Shown here piece by piece: positions 39,901 to 52,232 of a stretch of DNA of 64,000 nt (within the stretch, counting starts at the first letter, position 1; the number at the start of each line of letters is the position of its first letter). The DNA lies in contig CM075995.1 in NCBI GenBank assembly GCA_038087875.1, positions 124,001 to 188,000 of the forward strand, written 5' to 3'. The DNA is from Malacoraja senta (lineage: Eukaryota). The position numbers were made by a program, and so were the translations under genes. Below the pieces are notes generated by a model. It was not told the origin of the DNA. It saw nothing but the letters and a program-made list of their open reading frames with translations, and did no database searches.

Positions 39901-42900
39901 ACATCGTCGGGAGCTCGCAGGTCCCAGGTTGGTGACCTGTTTTCCGGAGCTCTAGAAACAACAGCTTCGTCCGCTGGACTGGAGGGCGGCAGCTTCGTCC
40001 ACCCCGGGCCGCGGAGTTTGAACCGGCCCGTTCACGGAGCTCGGATTCAGCCACAGGACTTACTTACCATGTTACCATCACAACATCGGAAGCCTGGATC
40101 GCCTCAACGCAGAGTGAGAACAAGGAGGGAAGAGACAAGGACTTTAAGACATTTGCCTTCCATCATAGTGAGGAGGACCTGGTGGACTCACTGTGGTGGA
40201 TGTTAAATCTGTGTTTATTGTGTGTTTTGTTATTTTATTATATGTTATGACTGCAAGGCACGAAATTTCGTTCTGACTGAAAAGTCTGAATGACAATAAA
40301 GGATACTTTACTTTACTTTAGCCTACCTCGAGAAGACAAATTGAGCCTCAGTTTAACATCTTGTCCAAAAGATGACACCTTAACCAGTTAAACACTCATC
40401 ACCAGGACTCGCATTACACAATAAAACACAGTGGCTAATATTCCCTTTCTTGCCCCCATTATAATTAACTGCCTCAAATAATAAAATTGAATGTACAATA
40501 TATGATAATATGGTTAAATTAAAAGAAAAATCTTATTCAAACAATGAAATAAAATCATGTTAAATGTTTTCAAAAATTATTTTAGATATGTCAAGCATAT
40601 GACCGCACTTATGGCTGAGGGATGTTGCTATCTTCTAGATTCTTGCACATTTAACCAAGACAAAATTGTTGGTAAGTTATTGATTGCTCTACTCTTGTTG
40701 TTCCTGTACTCCATCTCGTCATTGTTTGAGATCCAGCCCTCGACAGTGGAGTCATCTGCAAACTTGTATGTGGAGTTTCTGGCAGGAATTTCTGGGCATA
40801 ATCCGTAAGACGCAGGATCACTTCATTCCAAAAAGGAAGAAAGATTCTAAGGGGAGTAGGAGGCAACCATGGCTGACAAGAGAAGTTAGGGATGGAATAA
40901 AACTAAAAGAAAAGATGTACAACACTGCAACGAGTAGCCGGAAGCCAGAGGATTGGGAAACTTTCATAGGACAACAGAAGGAAACAAAACGGGCAATACG
41001 GGCTGAAAAGATGAAGTACGAGGGGAAGCTGGCCAGGAATATAAAGAAGGACAGTAAAAGCTTCTTTAAATATGTTAAGGGAAAAAGAGTAGCAAAGTCA
41101 ATTGTGGGTCCCTTGTAGACAGACACAGGTGAAATTATTATGGGGAACAAGGAAATGGCAGAAGAGTTGAACAGGTACTTCAGATCTGTCTTCACTAAGG
41201 AAGACACAAACAATCTCCCAGAAGTACTGGAGGACAGAGGATCTAAGGGGGTAGAAGAACTGAAAGAAATTTTCATTAGGCGAGAAAGAGTATTGGGTAG
41301 GCTAATGGGACTAAAGGATGATAAATCCCCTGGGCCCGTTGGTTCTGCATCCCAAGGTCCTCAGGGAGGTGGCTCCAGAAATAGTGTATGCATTGGTGAT
41401 CATTTTTCAATGTTCAATAGATTCAGGATCAGTTCCTGTGGATTGGAGGATAGCTAATGTTATTCCACTTTTCAAGAAAGGAGCGAGAGAGAAAACGGTG
41501 AATTACAGACCAGTTAGCCTAACTTCGGTGGTGGGAAAGATGCTGGAGTCAATTATTAAAGAGGGAATAATGGGACATTTGGATAGCAGTAAAAGGATTA
41601 GTCCAAGTCAACATGGATTTATGAAAGGGAAATCATGCTTGACTAATTTTTTGGAATTTTTTGAGGATGTGACAAGTAAAATGGATGAAGGGGAGCCAGT
41701 GGATGTAGTGTATCTAGACTTTCAGAAAGCCTTTGATAAGGTCCCGCACAGGAGACTGGTGACTAAAATTAGAGCACATGGTATTGGGGGTAGGGTGTTG
41801 ACATGGATAGAAAGGAAGCAGACAGGAAGCAAAGAGTAGGAGTGAACGGAATTCCCCTTTTCAGAATGGCAGGCAGTGGCGAGTGGAGTGCAGCAAGCCT
41901 CGGTGTTGGGGCCGCAACTGTTTACCATATATATTAATGATTTGGAAGAGGGAATTAGGAGCAACACTAGTAAGTTTGTGGATGACACAAAGCTGGGTGG
42001 CAGTGTGAACTGTGAAGAGGATGTTAGGAGGTTGCAGGGTGACCTGGACAGGTTGTGAATGGGCAGATGCGTTGCAGATGCAGTATAATATAGATAAATG
42101 TGGTTATCCACTTTGGTGGCAAAAACAAGGGGGCAGATTATTATCTCAATGGGGTTAGGTTAGGTAAGGGGGAGGTGCAGCGAGACCTGGGTGTCCTTGT
42201 ACACCAGTCACTGAAAGTTGGCGTGCAGGTACAGCAGGCAGTGAAGAAAGCTAATGGAATGTTGGCCTTCATAATAAGAGGATTTCAGTATAAAAGTAAA
42301 GAGGTTCTTCTGCAGCTGTATAGGGCTCTGGTAAGACCACATCTGGAGTATTGTGTACAGTTTTGGTCTCCTAATTTGAGGAAGGACACCCTTGTGATTG
42401 AGGCAGTGCAGCGTAGGTTCACGAGATTGATCCCTGGGATGGCGGGACTGTCATATGAGGAAAGATTGAAAAGACTAGGCTTGTATTCACTGGAGTTTAG
42501 AAGGATGAGGTGGGATCTTATAGAAGCATATAAAATTATAAAAAGACTGGACATGCTAGATGCAGGAAAATTGTTCCAAATGTTGGGCGAGTCCAGAACC
42601 AGGGCCCACAGTCTTAGAATAAAGTGGAGGCCATTTAAGACTGAGGTGAAAAAAACGTTTTCACGCAGAGAGTTGTGAATTTGTGGAATTCCCCGCCACA
42701 TCACTGGATGGATTTAAGAGAGCGTTAGATAGAGCTCTAGGGGCTAGTGGAATCGAGGGATATTGGGAGAAGGCAGGCACGAGTTATTGATTGGGGACGA
42801 TCAGCCATGATCACAATGAATGGCGGTGCTGGCTCGAAGGCACTCCTCGTGCACCTATTTTCTATGTTTCTATGAGTGAGAGCAGAATTTGGCCAACATA

Positions 42901-45900
42901 GTTTGAGTGATGTAGAAAGATCAGTAATCAATATCAAATAGTTTCTGTGCTTGCTTGCTTTGAGAGCATTTAATGGGACAGTTTAGAGGATCTTTACTCT
43001 CTATACATTTGTCCTTAACTCTCATTCACAACCTGATGCTGAGGCTCAGTCTCAGTATGATATGTGTAACCATTCAATGAACAACTGTAAATGTGAAAAT
43101 GAAATATGTAGATTTTCCACTTGAGTTCAGTGTGAACATTGCTGCTTCTGGCTGGAGCATTTAGGAATGGAGGAAATAAAAACACAGGTGTTGATGAACT
43201 TAAGTTAGAACATAGAAAAGTAGAGCACAGGAATAGGCTCTTTGGCCAACAATGTCTGTGCGGAACAGTCTTACAGAATGGAAACAGGCCCAACTTGCCC
43301 ACACCATGTCCCATCTACACTAGTCCCACCTACTTACGTTTGGCCCATATCGCTCTGAACCTGTCCTATCCATGTACCTGTCTAAATGTTTCTTAAATGT
43401 TGCGATTGTATCTGCCTCAACTACATCCTCTGGCAGCTTGTTCCATACACCTACCACCTTTTGTGTGAAAAAAGTGCCCCCTCAGATACTTATTAAATCT
43501 TTCTCCCCTCACCTTAAACCTATGTTCTCTGGTTATCGATTCCCCATGAGACTCTGCGTCACACCGATCTATCCCTCTCACCATGTTATACACCTCTATA
43601 AGATCACCCCTCATTCGCCTGCGCTCCAAGGAATGGAGTCCTAACTTGCTCAACCTCTCCCCATAGTTCAGGCCCTCGAGTCGTGGCAACATCCTCGTAA
43701 ATGTTCTCTGCACCCTTTCCAGCATGACAACATCTTTCCTATAACATGGTGCCCAAAACTGAATACAATATTCTACATGTGGCCTTACCAATATCTTATA
43801 CAACTGCAACATGACCTCCCACCTTCTATACTCGGTGCTCTGACTGTACACGGTTTTACCACATTTTGCCAACGTCAATTAAGCTCCAAACCTGTACGTC
43901 TTTGGAGTGTTGGAGGAAACTGGAGCACCCAGAAAAAAGACACGCGGTCAGAGGGAGAACATACAAGCTTCATGCAGACAGCACCCGTAGTCAGGATCAA
44001 AATAGGGTCTCTGGCGCTATAAGACAAGAACTACTGCTGCGCTGCCCAAAGCTATTCACTTTTTGAGTGTCCTCTATTACTGAATTCTAATCAAAGAGCA
44101 TTGAGATCTTCAGCTGAGCTAGGAGATTGCTCGGCCACCTGTCAGGCTTTTATAATGGGTGTTCGAACAATGTGTTGGCTATGGGGATTTTGCATAGGAG
44201 GTCCTTACACTGAAAATTCGAGCTGACATCATCAAGAAAGTTACTGCTGGGAGAACCATACATTTCAATGACAGCAATGGCATACAACTGGCATTTTAAT
44301 GATAGGATGTTGTGGGATCTGACTTCTCTTAACTGAACAGAGAGCTTTTGTGCAGTGTCTATCCATATTACATCGAGATAAAGTACAATGTGTGGGACAG
44401 CTGTAAGTCCTAGGCTCAGGGCACTCTGCAAAACCAAAGGATAAGAGAGATCAAATTGGAAAGAAGAGTCTGAAAATTTGAAATGATAACAATCTACATG
44501 TAAGCATGTCGTTATTACCAATTAATAGTCCTGGAATTTATAGACAATAGACATTAGACAGGAGTAGGCCATTCGGCCCTTCGAGCCATTCAATGTGATC
44601 ATGGCTGATCATCCCCAATCAGTACCCCGTTCCTGCCTTCTCCCCATATCCCCGGACTCCGCTATTTTTAAGAGCCCTATCTAGCTCTCTCTTGAAAGTA
44701 TCCAGAGAACCTGCCTATACCGCCCTCTGAGGCAGAGAATTCCACAGACTCACCACTCTCTGTGAGAAAAAGTGTTTCCTCGTCTCTGTTCTAAATGGCT
44801 TACTCCTTATTCTTAAACTGTGGCCCCTGGTTGCATTTTATATTTTGTTTTAGATTGTACTCATTCATTCATTCATAAAAGGAGTAATAGTTCATAAAAT
44901 TACAATTCTTGAAGCTCTACCTCTCCAAATGTCGTGCTTTGCAGTGGTGGAAGAATTTATTTTACCCACAGCTTTCCATCACACGAAAGTTGACTGATTA
45001 TTTGCATATTGGTCCATAAGTTATTTATGTATTCATATTTTTGTCACCATCTATAAATACCAAAGTTTTATATGTTGGTTTGATTTTTGCAGGTCCACCA
45101 TTTTCTGTTCCTCAACATGCAATTGAGGACCTGTTTGGTGAGTTTTACGAGTACTTTATACAGCTCTGTATCTGGACTTTCAAAAAGCCTTTGACAAGGT
45201 CCCACACAAGAGATTAGTGTGCAAATTTAGAGCACATGGTTTGGGGGTAGGGTACAATGATACAATACAATGATACAATTTATTTGTTGTCATTTGAACC
45301 TCATTGAGGTTCAAACGAAATTTGGTTTCTCAGTCATACACACAAGAAAAAAGAACCAAGACACAACACAATTTACACAAACTTCCATCAAAGTCTTATC
45401 TCTCCCCTGCACTCCTCATTCTCCTCCCAATGTCAGAGTCAAAGCCCACGGCGGGCGATGGTAAGTATGTCCCGTGGCCATTAAAGCCGCGCCAGCGATG
45501 CAAGGCCACGCTCCGGGTCTTGATGTTGGCGCCCCCGGCGGGCGCTAGCAAGTCCCGCGGCCATTAAAGCCGTGCCGGGCGATGTAAGGCCCCACTCCAA
45601 GTCATTTCGGGCGGGAGAAGTTGCCGTTGCGGAAGCTCCGGAAAGCGGTCTCCCACCAGGGACCCGCGAGCTCCCGGTGTTACTGTCCACCGGGCCTGGG
45701 CTGAAGCCTCCGAATCTCCGGGGTCGGGCCGCAGCAGTGCGCCACCACAGCTCTCCACACGCCGAACTCAGCCAGCTCCGCGATGGTAAGTAAGTCCGCA
45801 GGCTCCGCGACTGAAGCCCCAGGTCGTTCCGGTTGGAGGCCGCTCCACGGTGCTAGGCCCCAACGACAACGGAGACCCGACAGAGAAAAGGTCGGGTTCT

Positions 45901-48900
45901 CCGTACAGGGAAAAGATTTTAAAAGTTTCTCCACCTCCCGCCCCCCACACACATACCCAGTTTAAAAAAAACACTATAAACTACATTCAAACGAGACAAA
46001 AAATAAAAAAATTAAAAGACAGATGGACTTCAGAGGCCGCTGCGACGTGAGTCGCGCCGCCCACCCTTGACATGGGTATTGACATGGATAGAAAATTGGG
46101 TTGGCAGACAGGAAGCAAAGAGTAGGAATCAAGCGGTTCTTTTCAGAATGGTAGGCAGTGACTAGTGGGATGCCGCAAGGTACCCCAGTTATTTACAATA
46201 TATATTAACAATTTAGATGATGGAATTTAATGTGACATCTCCAAGTTTGCGGATGACACAAAGCTGGGTGGTGTGAGCTGCGATGAGGATGCTATGATGC
46301 TGCAGGGTGACTGGGACGATTGGGCTTGTATTCACTGGAATTAGAAGGATATAGACAACAGACAATAGGTGCAGGAGTAGGCCATTCGGCCCTTCGAGCC
46401 AGCACCGCCATTCAATGTGATCATGGCTGATCATCCCCAATCAGTACTCCATTCCTGCCTTCTCCCCATAGCCCCTGACTCCGCTATCTTCAAGAGCCTT
46501 ATCTAGCTCTCTCTTGAAAGTATCCAGAGAACCGGCCTCCACCGCCCTCTGAGGCAGAGCATTCGACAGACTCACAACTCTCAGTGTGAAAAAGTGTTTC
46601 CTCATCTCCATTCTAAATTGCTTACCCCTTATTTTTAAACAGTGGCCCCTGGTTCTGGACTCCCCCAACATCGGGAACATGTTTCCTGCCTCTAGCGTGT
46701 ACAAACCCTTAATAATCTTATATGTTTTAATTAGGTCCCCCTCATCCTTCTAAATTCCAGAGTATACAAGCCCAGCCGCTCCATTCTCTCAGCATATGAC
46801 AATCTCGCCATCCTGGAAATTAACCTTGTGAACCTAGGCTGCACTCCCTCAATAGCAAGAATGTCCTTACTCTAATTTAGAGAACAAAACTGCACACAAT
46901 ACTCCAGGTGTGGTCTCACTAGGGCCCTATACAACTGCAGAAGGACCTCTTTGCTTCTATACTCAACTCCTCTTCTTATGAAGGCCAACATGCCATTCGC
47001 TTTCTTCACTGCCTGCTGTACCTGCATGCTTACTTTCATTGACTGATGAACAAGGACCCCCAGATCCTGTTGTACTTCCCCTTTTCCCAACTTGACATGA
47101 TATAGATAATAGTCTGCCTTCCTGTTTTTGCTGCCGAAGTGGATAACCTCACATATATCTGCGTTAAACTGCATCTGCCATGCATCTGCCCACTCACCCA
47201 ACCTGTTCAAGTCACCCAGCATTCTCATAGCGTCATCCTCACAGTTCATACTGCCACCCAGCTTTGTCATCTGCAAATTTGCTAATGTTACTTGTAATTC
47301 CTTCATCTAAATCATTAATATATATTGTAAATAGCTGCGGTCCCAGCACCGAGCCTTGTGGTACCCCACTAATCACTACCTGCCATTCTGAAAGGGACCC
47401 ATTAATCCCTACTCTTTCCTGTCTGTCAACCAATTTTCTATCCATGTCAGCGCTCTACCCCCAATACCATGCTCTCTAATTTTGCCCACTAATCTCCTAT
47501 GTGGGACCTTATCAAATGCTTTCTGAAAGTCCAGGTACACTACATCCACTGGCTCTCCCTTGTCCATTTTCCGAGTTACATACTCAAAAAATTCCAGAAG
47601 ATTAGTCAAGCATGATTTCCCCTTCATAAATCCATGCTGACTCGGACCGATCCTGTTACTGCTATCCAAATCTGCCGCTATTTCATCTTTTGTGATTGAC
47701 TCCAGCATCTTCCCCATCACCAGTCAGGCTAACTCATCTATAATTTCCTGTTGTCTCTCTCCTGCCTTTCTTAAAAAATGGGATAACATTAGCTACCCTC
47801 CAATCCGCAGGAACTGATCTTGAATCTATAGAACATTGGAAAATAATCACCAATGCATCCACGATTTCAAGAACCACTTCCTAAAGTACCATGGTATGCA
47901 GACCATTAGGCCCTGGGGATTTATCAGCCTTCAGTTTCATCAGTCTACCCAACACCATTTCCTGCCTGATGTGGATTTCCCTCAGTTCCTCTGTCACCCC
48001 AGATCCTCTGGCCACTAGGACATCGGGAAGATTGTGTCTTCCTTAGTGAAGACGGATCCAAAGTACCTGTTCAACTCATCTGCCATTTCCTTGTTCCCCA
48101 TAATAAATTCACCTTTTTCAGTCTTCAAGGGTCCAACTTTGGTCTTAACTAATTTTTTCCTCTTCACATACCTAAAGAAGCTTTTACTATCCTCCTTTAT
48201 ATTCTTGGCTAGCTTACTTTCATACCTCATCTTTTCTCCCCGTATTGCCTTTTTAGTTATCTTCTGTTGCTCTTTAAACATTACCCAATCCTCTTGCTTC
48301 CCACTCATCTTTGCTACGATGTACTTGTTTTCTTTTATTTTTATACTGTCCCTGACATCGCTTCTCAACCACAGTCGCCCCTTACTCCCCTTGGAATCTT
48401 TCTTCCTCTTTGGAATGAACTGATCCTGCACCTTCTGTATTATTCCCAGAAATACCTGCCATTGTTGTTCCACTGTCATCCCTGCTAGGATATCTTTCCA
48501 GTCAACTTTTGCCAACTCCTCCCTCATGGCTCTATAGTTCCCTTTGTCGAACTGTAATACTGACACCTCCAATTCTCCCTCTCAAATTGTAGATTAAAAC
48601 TTATCATATTATGGTCATTGCCTCCTAATGGCTCCTCAAGTTCCCTTATTAAACTTGATTTACTGATGGGACTGTAGGCTGATAAATCCCCAGGACCTGA
48701 TGGTCTGCATCCCAGGGTACTCAAGGAGGTGGCTCTGGAAATCGTGGACACATTGGTGATCATTTTCCAATGTTCTATAAATACTGGATCAGTTCCTGTA
48801 GATTGGAGGGTAGCTAATGTTTTCCCACTTTTTAATAAAGGAGGGAGAGAGAAAGCAGGGAATTATAGACCAGTTAGCCTGACATCGGTGGTGGGGAAGA

Positions 48901-51231
48901 TTATTAAAGATATAATACGCATTTGGATAGCAGTAACCGGATCGGTCCGAGTCAGCGTGGATTTATGAAGGGGAAATCTCGCTTGACTAATCTTCTGGAA
49001 TTTTTTGAGGATGTAACAAGCAAAATGGATAAGGGAAAGCCAGTGGATGTAGTGTATCTGGACTTTCGGAAATCCTTTGATTAGGTCCCACAAAGGAGAT
49101 TAGTGGGTAAAATGAGAGCACATGGTATTGTGGGTAGGGTATTGACATGGATAGAAAATTGGTTGGCAGACAGGAAACATAGAGTAGGAATTAACAGGTC
49201 CCTTTCAGAATGGCAGGTAGTGACTAGTGGGGTGCCACAAGGCTCGGTGCTGGGACTGCAGCTACTTACAATATTTATATTAATGATTTAGATGAAGGAA
49301 TTAAAAGTAACATTAGCAAATTTGCAGATGACACAAAGCTGGGTGGCAGTGTGACTTGGATGGGTTGGGTGAGTGGGTAGATGCATGGCAGATGCAGTAT
49401 AATGTGGATAAATGTGAGGTTATCCACTTTGGTGGCAAGAACAAGAAGGCAGATTATTATCGGAATGGTGTCAGATTAGGAAAATGGGAAATGCAACGAG
49501 ACCTGGGTGTGCTTGTACATCAGTCACTGAAAGTAAGCATGCAGGTACAGCAGGCAGCGAAGAAAGCTAATGGTATGTTGGCTTTTATTGTGAGAGGATT
49601 TGAGGTTAGGAACAAGGAGGCCTGACTGCAGTTGTATAGGGCCGTGGTGAGACCGCACCTGGAGTATTTATTGTGTGCAATTCTGGTCTAATAAATTGAG
49701 GAAGGACATTATTGAAGGAGCGAGGTTCACGGGGTTAATTCCCAGGATGACGGGACTCTCATTTGATGAATGAATGGAACGATTGGGCTTGTATTGTATT
49801 GAATTTAGAAGGATGAGAGGAGTTCTTACAGAAACATATAAAATTATTAAGGGATTGGACACGCTAGATGCAGGGAACATGTTCCCGATGCTGGGGGAGT
49901 CCGGAACCAGGGACCAGAATTTAAGAATAAGGGGTAGGCCATTTAGAACTGAGATGAAAGAAAAACGTTTTCACCCAGAGATTTGTGAATTTGAAGAATT
50001 CTCTGCTTCGGAAGGCAGTGGAGGCCGATCACTAGATGCATTCAAAAGAGAGTTAGATAAAGCTCTTAGGGCTAATGTAATCAAGGAATATGGGTAGAAG
50101 GCAGGAACGGAGTACTAATTGCGGATGATAAGCCATCATCACATTGAATGGTGGTGCATGCCTGATTGGCCAAATGGCCTACTCCTGCACCTATTTTCTA
50201 TGTATCTATGTATGTCCTCCGGTGATTGATTTCCTTACTCTGGGTAAAAAGATCTGCATTTACCCTCTCTGTTCCTATCATGATCTTATACACTTCTCTA
50301 TGATCACCCCCTGATCCTCTTGCGTCCCAAGGAATAAAGTCTTAGCCTGCTCAACCTCTCCCTATACCTCAGGCCCTTAAGCCTGACAACTTCCTCGTAA
50401 ATCTTCTCTGTACCCTTTCCAGCCTGACAACATCTTTCCTATAACAGGGTGATGAAAACTCAACACAATACTCTAAATGTGGCCTCACCAATGTCTTGTC
50501 CAATTGTAACATGACCTCCCAACTTCAATACTCAATCCTCTGCCTGATGAAGGCCAGTATTGCCGAAAGCCTTTTTGACCACGCTATGACACCACGTTCA
50601 AGGAACTCTATACCTGCATTCCTAGATCCCTCTGTTCTACAACACTTCACAGGAGCCTGTCCTTCACGGTGTAGGTCCTGCCCTGATTTGGCTTCCCAAA
50701 ATGCAACACCTTGCACTTCTCTGCATTAAGCATTGTTGTCACTGAATTTAATATGTTTTGTTGTGGATGGCTGTGATGTCCATTACTAAGGCCCTATAAA
50801 TTCCCTCCCTTAACCACTCCATCCCTCTTCCCATTCTTGCAGGGCTTTACATAAAACCTGACTCTGTGATTAATCATTTGCTCATCTGACCAACTTCTCC
50901 TTTTAAGTCTTGAGGTCAAATTTTCTTGAATTGTTCATCTATTGTAGCACTCTATGTAAATAATTTTGCTGATACTTTATTGATCACACTCAAATATGCG
51001 ACCTAATTTGGTATTAAAATTGTTGCCAGTTTGTTCACTGCCAACAATTTTATTTTAACTTTGTTCTTTAAAAAAATGCTGCCTTGAGTGTATTTCCTTG
51101 CGTTTACTTTTGGATTCTTTGCAGGCCAATCATGCAACATTCGGTTGATGGAATCATTGGATGCTATGACTGAGCAACAGATTTCGTGGGGTCTGGATTC
51201 CTTCATTGAAGAAATCTATCTAATTAAGTAA
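24791..51231 (+). CDS. TPMT: Thiopurine S-methyltransferase family gene, 8 coding exons, 732 nt / 243 aa (whole-gene span)
   Basis: Manually spliced exons of 140+93+133+53+75+86+45+107 nt, all GT-AG, give an uninterrupted ORF. It contains W..RW...[46 protein letters not shown] and SWGLD. The first seven exon sizes equal those I recall for human TPMT. Confidence 0.96.
25209..26010 (-). mobile_element. Helitron-like non-autonomous element related to the one at 21975
   Basis: Left end matches 21992-22050 (hairpin half lost). The minus strand begins A|TC followed by (CTGT)n. Confidence 0.6.
28122..28214 (+). CDS. TPMT: TPMT coding exon 2 ([31 protein letters not shown])
   Basis: tttttatag acceptor, gtgagt donor, 93 nt, SAM-binding PLCGK motif. 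Confidence 0.95.
29545..30301. mobile_element. PIF/Harbinger-type MITE
   Basis: TIRs TGGGCCTGTCCCACTTAGGCAA / TTGCCTAAGTGGGACAGGCCCA with TWA flanks. Confidence 0.85.
31287..31419 (+). CDS. TPMT: TPMT coding exon 3 ([44 protein letters not shown])
   Basis: ctctctag acceptor, gttagg donor, 133 nt. Confidence 0.96.
32809..34667. mobile_element. DNA transposon, TAG..CTA ends, 7-bp TSD (hATw-like), with an extra ~670-bp coding segment
   Basis: TIRs TAGCGATGTTACAAAA / TTTTGTAACATTCCTA with a perfect TSD CATTGAT (32802-32808, 34668-34674). Colinear with 9326-10367 apart from 33629-34297. Confidence 0.85.
33818..34158 (+). CDS. Exon-like ORF within the transposon encoding a Spin/Ssty (Spindlin) Tudor-like repeat
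   Basis: Polypyrimidine tract plus aaacag acceptor at 33817, open for ~112 codons to [15 protein letters not shown]...YRVAY...[13 protein letters not shown] resembles Spindlin IVGCRIQHGWKE / MYQLLDDYKEGDL by eye. Confidence 0.55.
34716..35074. mobile_element. PIF/Harbinger-type MITE inserted in a Penelope-derived repeat
   Basis: TIRs AGGGCCTGTCCCACTTG / CAAGTGGGACAGGCACT, TSD TTA. Confidence 0.85.
35270..36065 (+). mobile_element. CR1-type LINE 3' fragment (second family)
   Basis: [27 protein letters not shown] and a tctatgac tail. Confidence 0.85.
36488..36540 (+). CDS. TPMT: TPMT coding exon 4 ([17 protein letters not shown])
   Basis: attctag acceptor, gtgagg donor, 53 nt. Confidence 0.93.
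37539..37613 (+). CDS. TPMT: TPMT coding exon 5 ([25 protein letters not shown])
   Basis: gtatag acceptor, gtgagt donor, 75 nt. Confidence 0.94.
37642..38172 (+). mobile_element. Rex1/Babar-like LINE 3' fragment, ~30 nt downstream of the TPMT exon 5 donor
   Basis: [19 protein letters not shown]...[19 protein letters not shown] and a (TAAAC/TGAAC)n tail. Related fragment at ~53915-54470. Confidence 0.75.
39590..40320 (+). mobile_element. GC-rich non-autonomous retroelement with (TACTT)n tail
   Basis: Ends gacaataaaggatactttactttacttt. Related to 30580-31035 and 45256-46066. Confidence 0.6.
40586..40671 (+). CDS. TPMT: TPMT coding exon 6 ([28 protein letters not shown])
   Basis: attttag acceptor, gtaagt donor, 86 nt, in frame with flanking exons. 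Confidence 0.92.
40769..42875 (+). mobile_element. CR1 LINE ORF2 fragment, frameshifted
   Basis: RT motifs in ORFs 41318-41839 and 42100-42678; (TTTCTATG) tail. Confidence 0.93.
43270..43845 (-). mobile_element. CR1-type LINE 3' fragment
   Basis: ORF 43417-43878 ([25 protein letters not shown]). Confidence 0.85.
45093..45137 (+). CDS. TPMT: TPMT coding exon 7 ([15 protein letters not shown])
   Basis: tttttgcag acceptor, gtgagt donor, 45 nt, GPPF motif. Confidence 0.94.
45256..46066 (-). mobile_element. GC-rich non-autonomous retroelement inserted into a CR1 fragment (45165-46351)
   Basis: CR1 sequence ggtagggta|...|ttgacatggatag resumes after the insert. Minus-strand tail aataaattgtatcattgtattgtatc. 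Confidence 0.7.
46352..48650 (-). mobile_element. CR1 LINE ORF2 fragment (reverse)
   Basis: ORFs 48015-48572, 47409-47720, 46872-47306 and 46441-46704 carry CR1 EN/RT motifs. Confidence 0.93.
48651..50215 (+). mobile_element. CR1 LINE RT fragment
   Basis: [16 protein letters not shown] start, RT motifs, TCTATGTA tail. Confidence 0.92.
51125..51231 (+). CDS. TPMT: TPMT last coding exon ([35 protein letters not shown])
   Basis: tctttgcag acceptor, TAA at 51229-51231. Aligns with the human C-terminus [31 protein letters not shown]. Confidence 0.93.
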
Positions 51232-51939
51232 AAGACCAATGCACAGTCCTAGCCTTCGTACAAGATCTGGAAACTGCAGATGCTGAAAATCTGAAATAAA
51301 AACCAGAAAACGCTGGGAAAACTCAGCAGGTCAAACTGCATATGTGGAAAGGGAAAAGGAGTCGAATTTCAGGTTCAGCATCTATAATTAGAACTCTGCA
51401 CTTACAATGAATGAGGTTTTCAACCTGAAATATTAACAATTCCTTTTGCCACAAATGCTGGCTGATCTGAGTTTTTCCAGTATGTCCTTCATACAATGAC
51501 AGAAGCTAAGTGAATCTAAGGTGACCAAAACTGGGCTTTGAATCATGTTGTCGCAGAATTTCTATGGATATTCTGTGTATTTTTTATGGATCTACACACA
51601 CCAAATTCGTTTTAAGTAATACTGCATTCATTAGCGTGAATATTTACTCCATCAACCTCCTTTTCAAACATAATTTTCCACATATTCACTCAACCCAATC
51701 TTGACCATTGACAATCTTGCAAACCCTCACCCCAAGTTCAACTGAGCTTTATTTTCATGTGTTTCCCAGATCTGAGCCCAACCATACCGTTTTCATGTTT
51801 GAAACTCTATAATTGCAGAGATCTATTTTTGCATCGGGTACCAGAAAGGTTCAAATCAGAATCGGAAATGGCATCAATTTTGACTTTCTTTCCATGGAAT
51901 ATTACATTCCACATATACCATTTGCAGCACATAAACAGG

Positions 51940-52232
51940 CCTCACAGGCAGCACATAAACAGGAGAAACATAAATTCTCCCAATTCTGCTAGCCCTTGCT
52001 GTCCCCTCCCCTTCATCAGCTCTCTGGTTGTCTCCTCCCATCCCCCAGCCCTCGGGCTCCTCCTCCGCCTTTTTTCCTTTTTTCCTTTCTTCTCCCCACC
52101 CCCTATCAGTCTGAAGAAGGGTTTCGGCCCGAAACGTTGCCTATTTCCTTCGCTCCATAGATGCTGCTGCACCCGCTGAGTTTCTCCAGCATTTTTGTGT
52201 ACCTTCGATTTTCCAGCATCTGCAGTTCCTTC
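51940..52232 (+). mobile_element. Penelope-like terminal repeat with hammerhead-like core
   Basis: ctgaagaagggtttcggcccgaaacgtt at 52111-52138, followed by the family tail gatgctgc..gctgagtttctccagcatttttgt. Confidence 0.7.
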
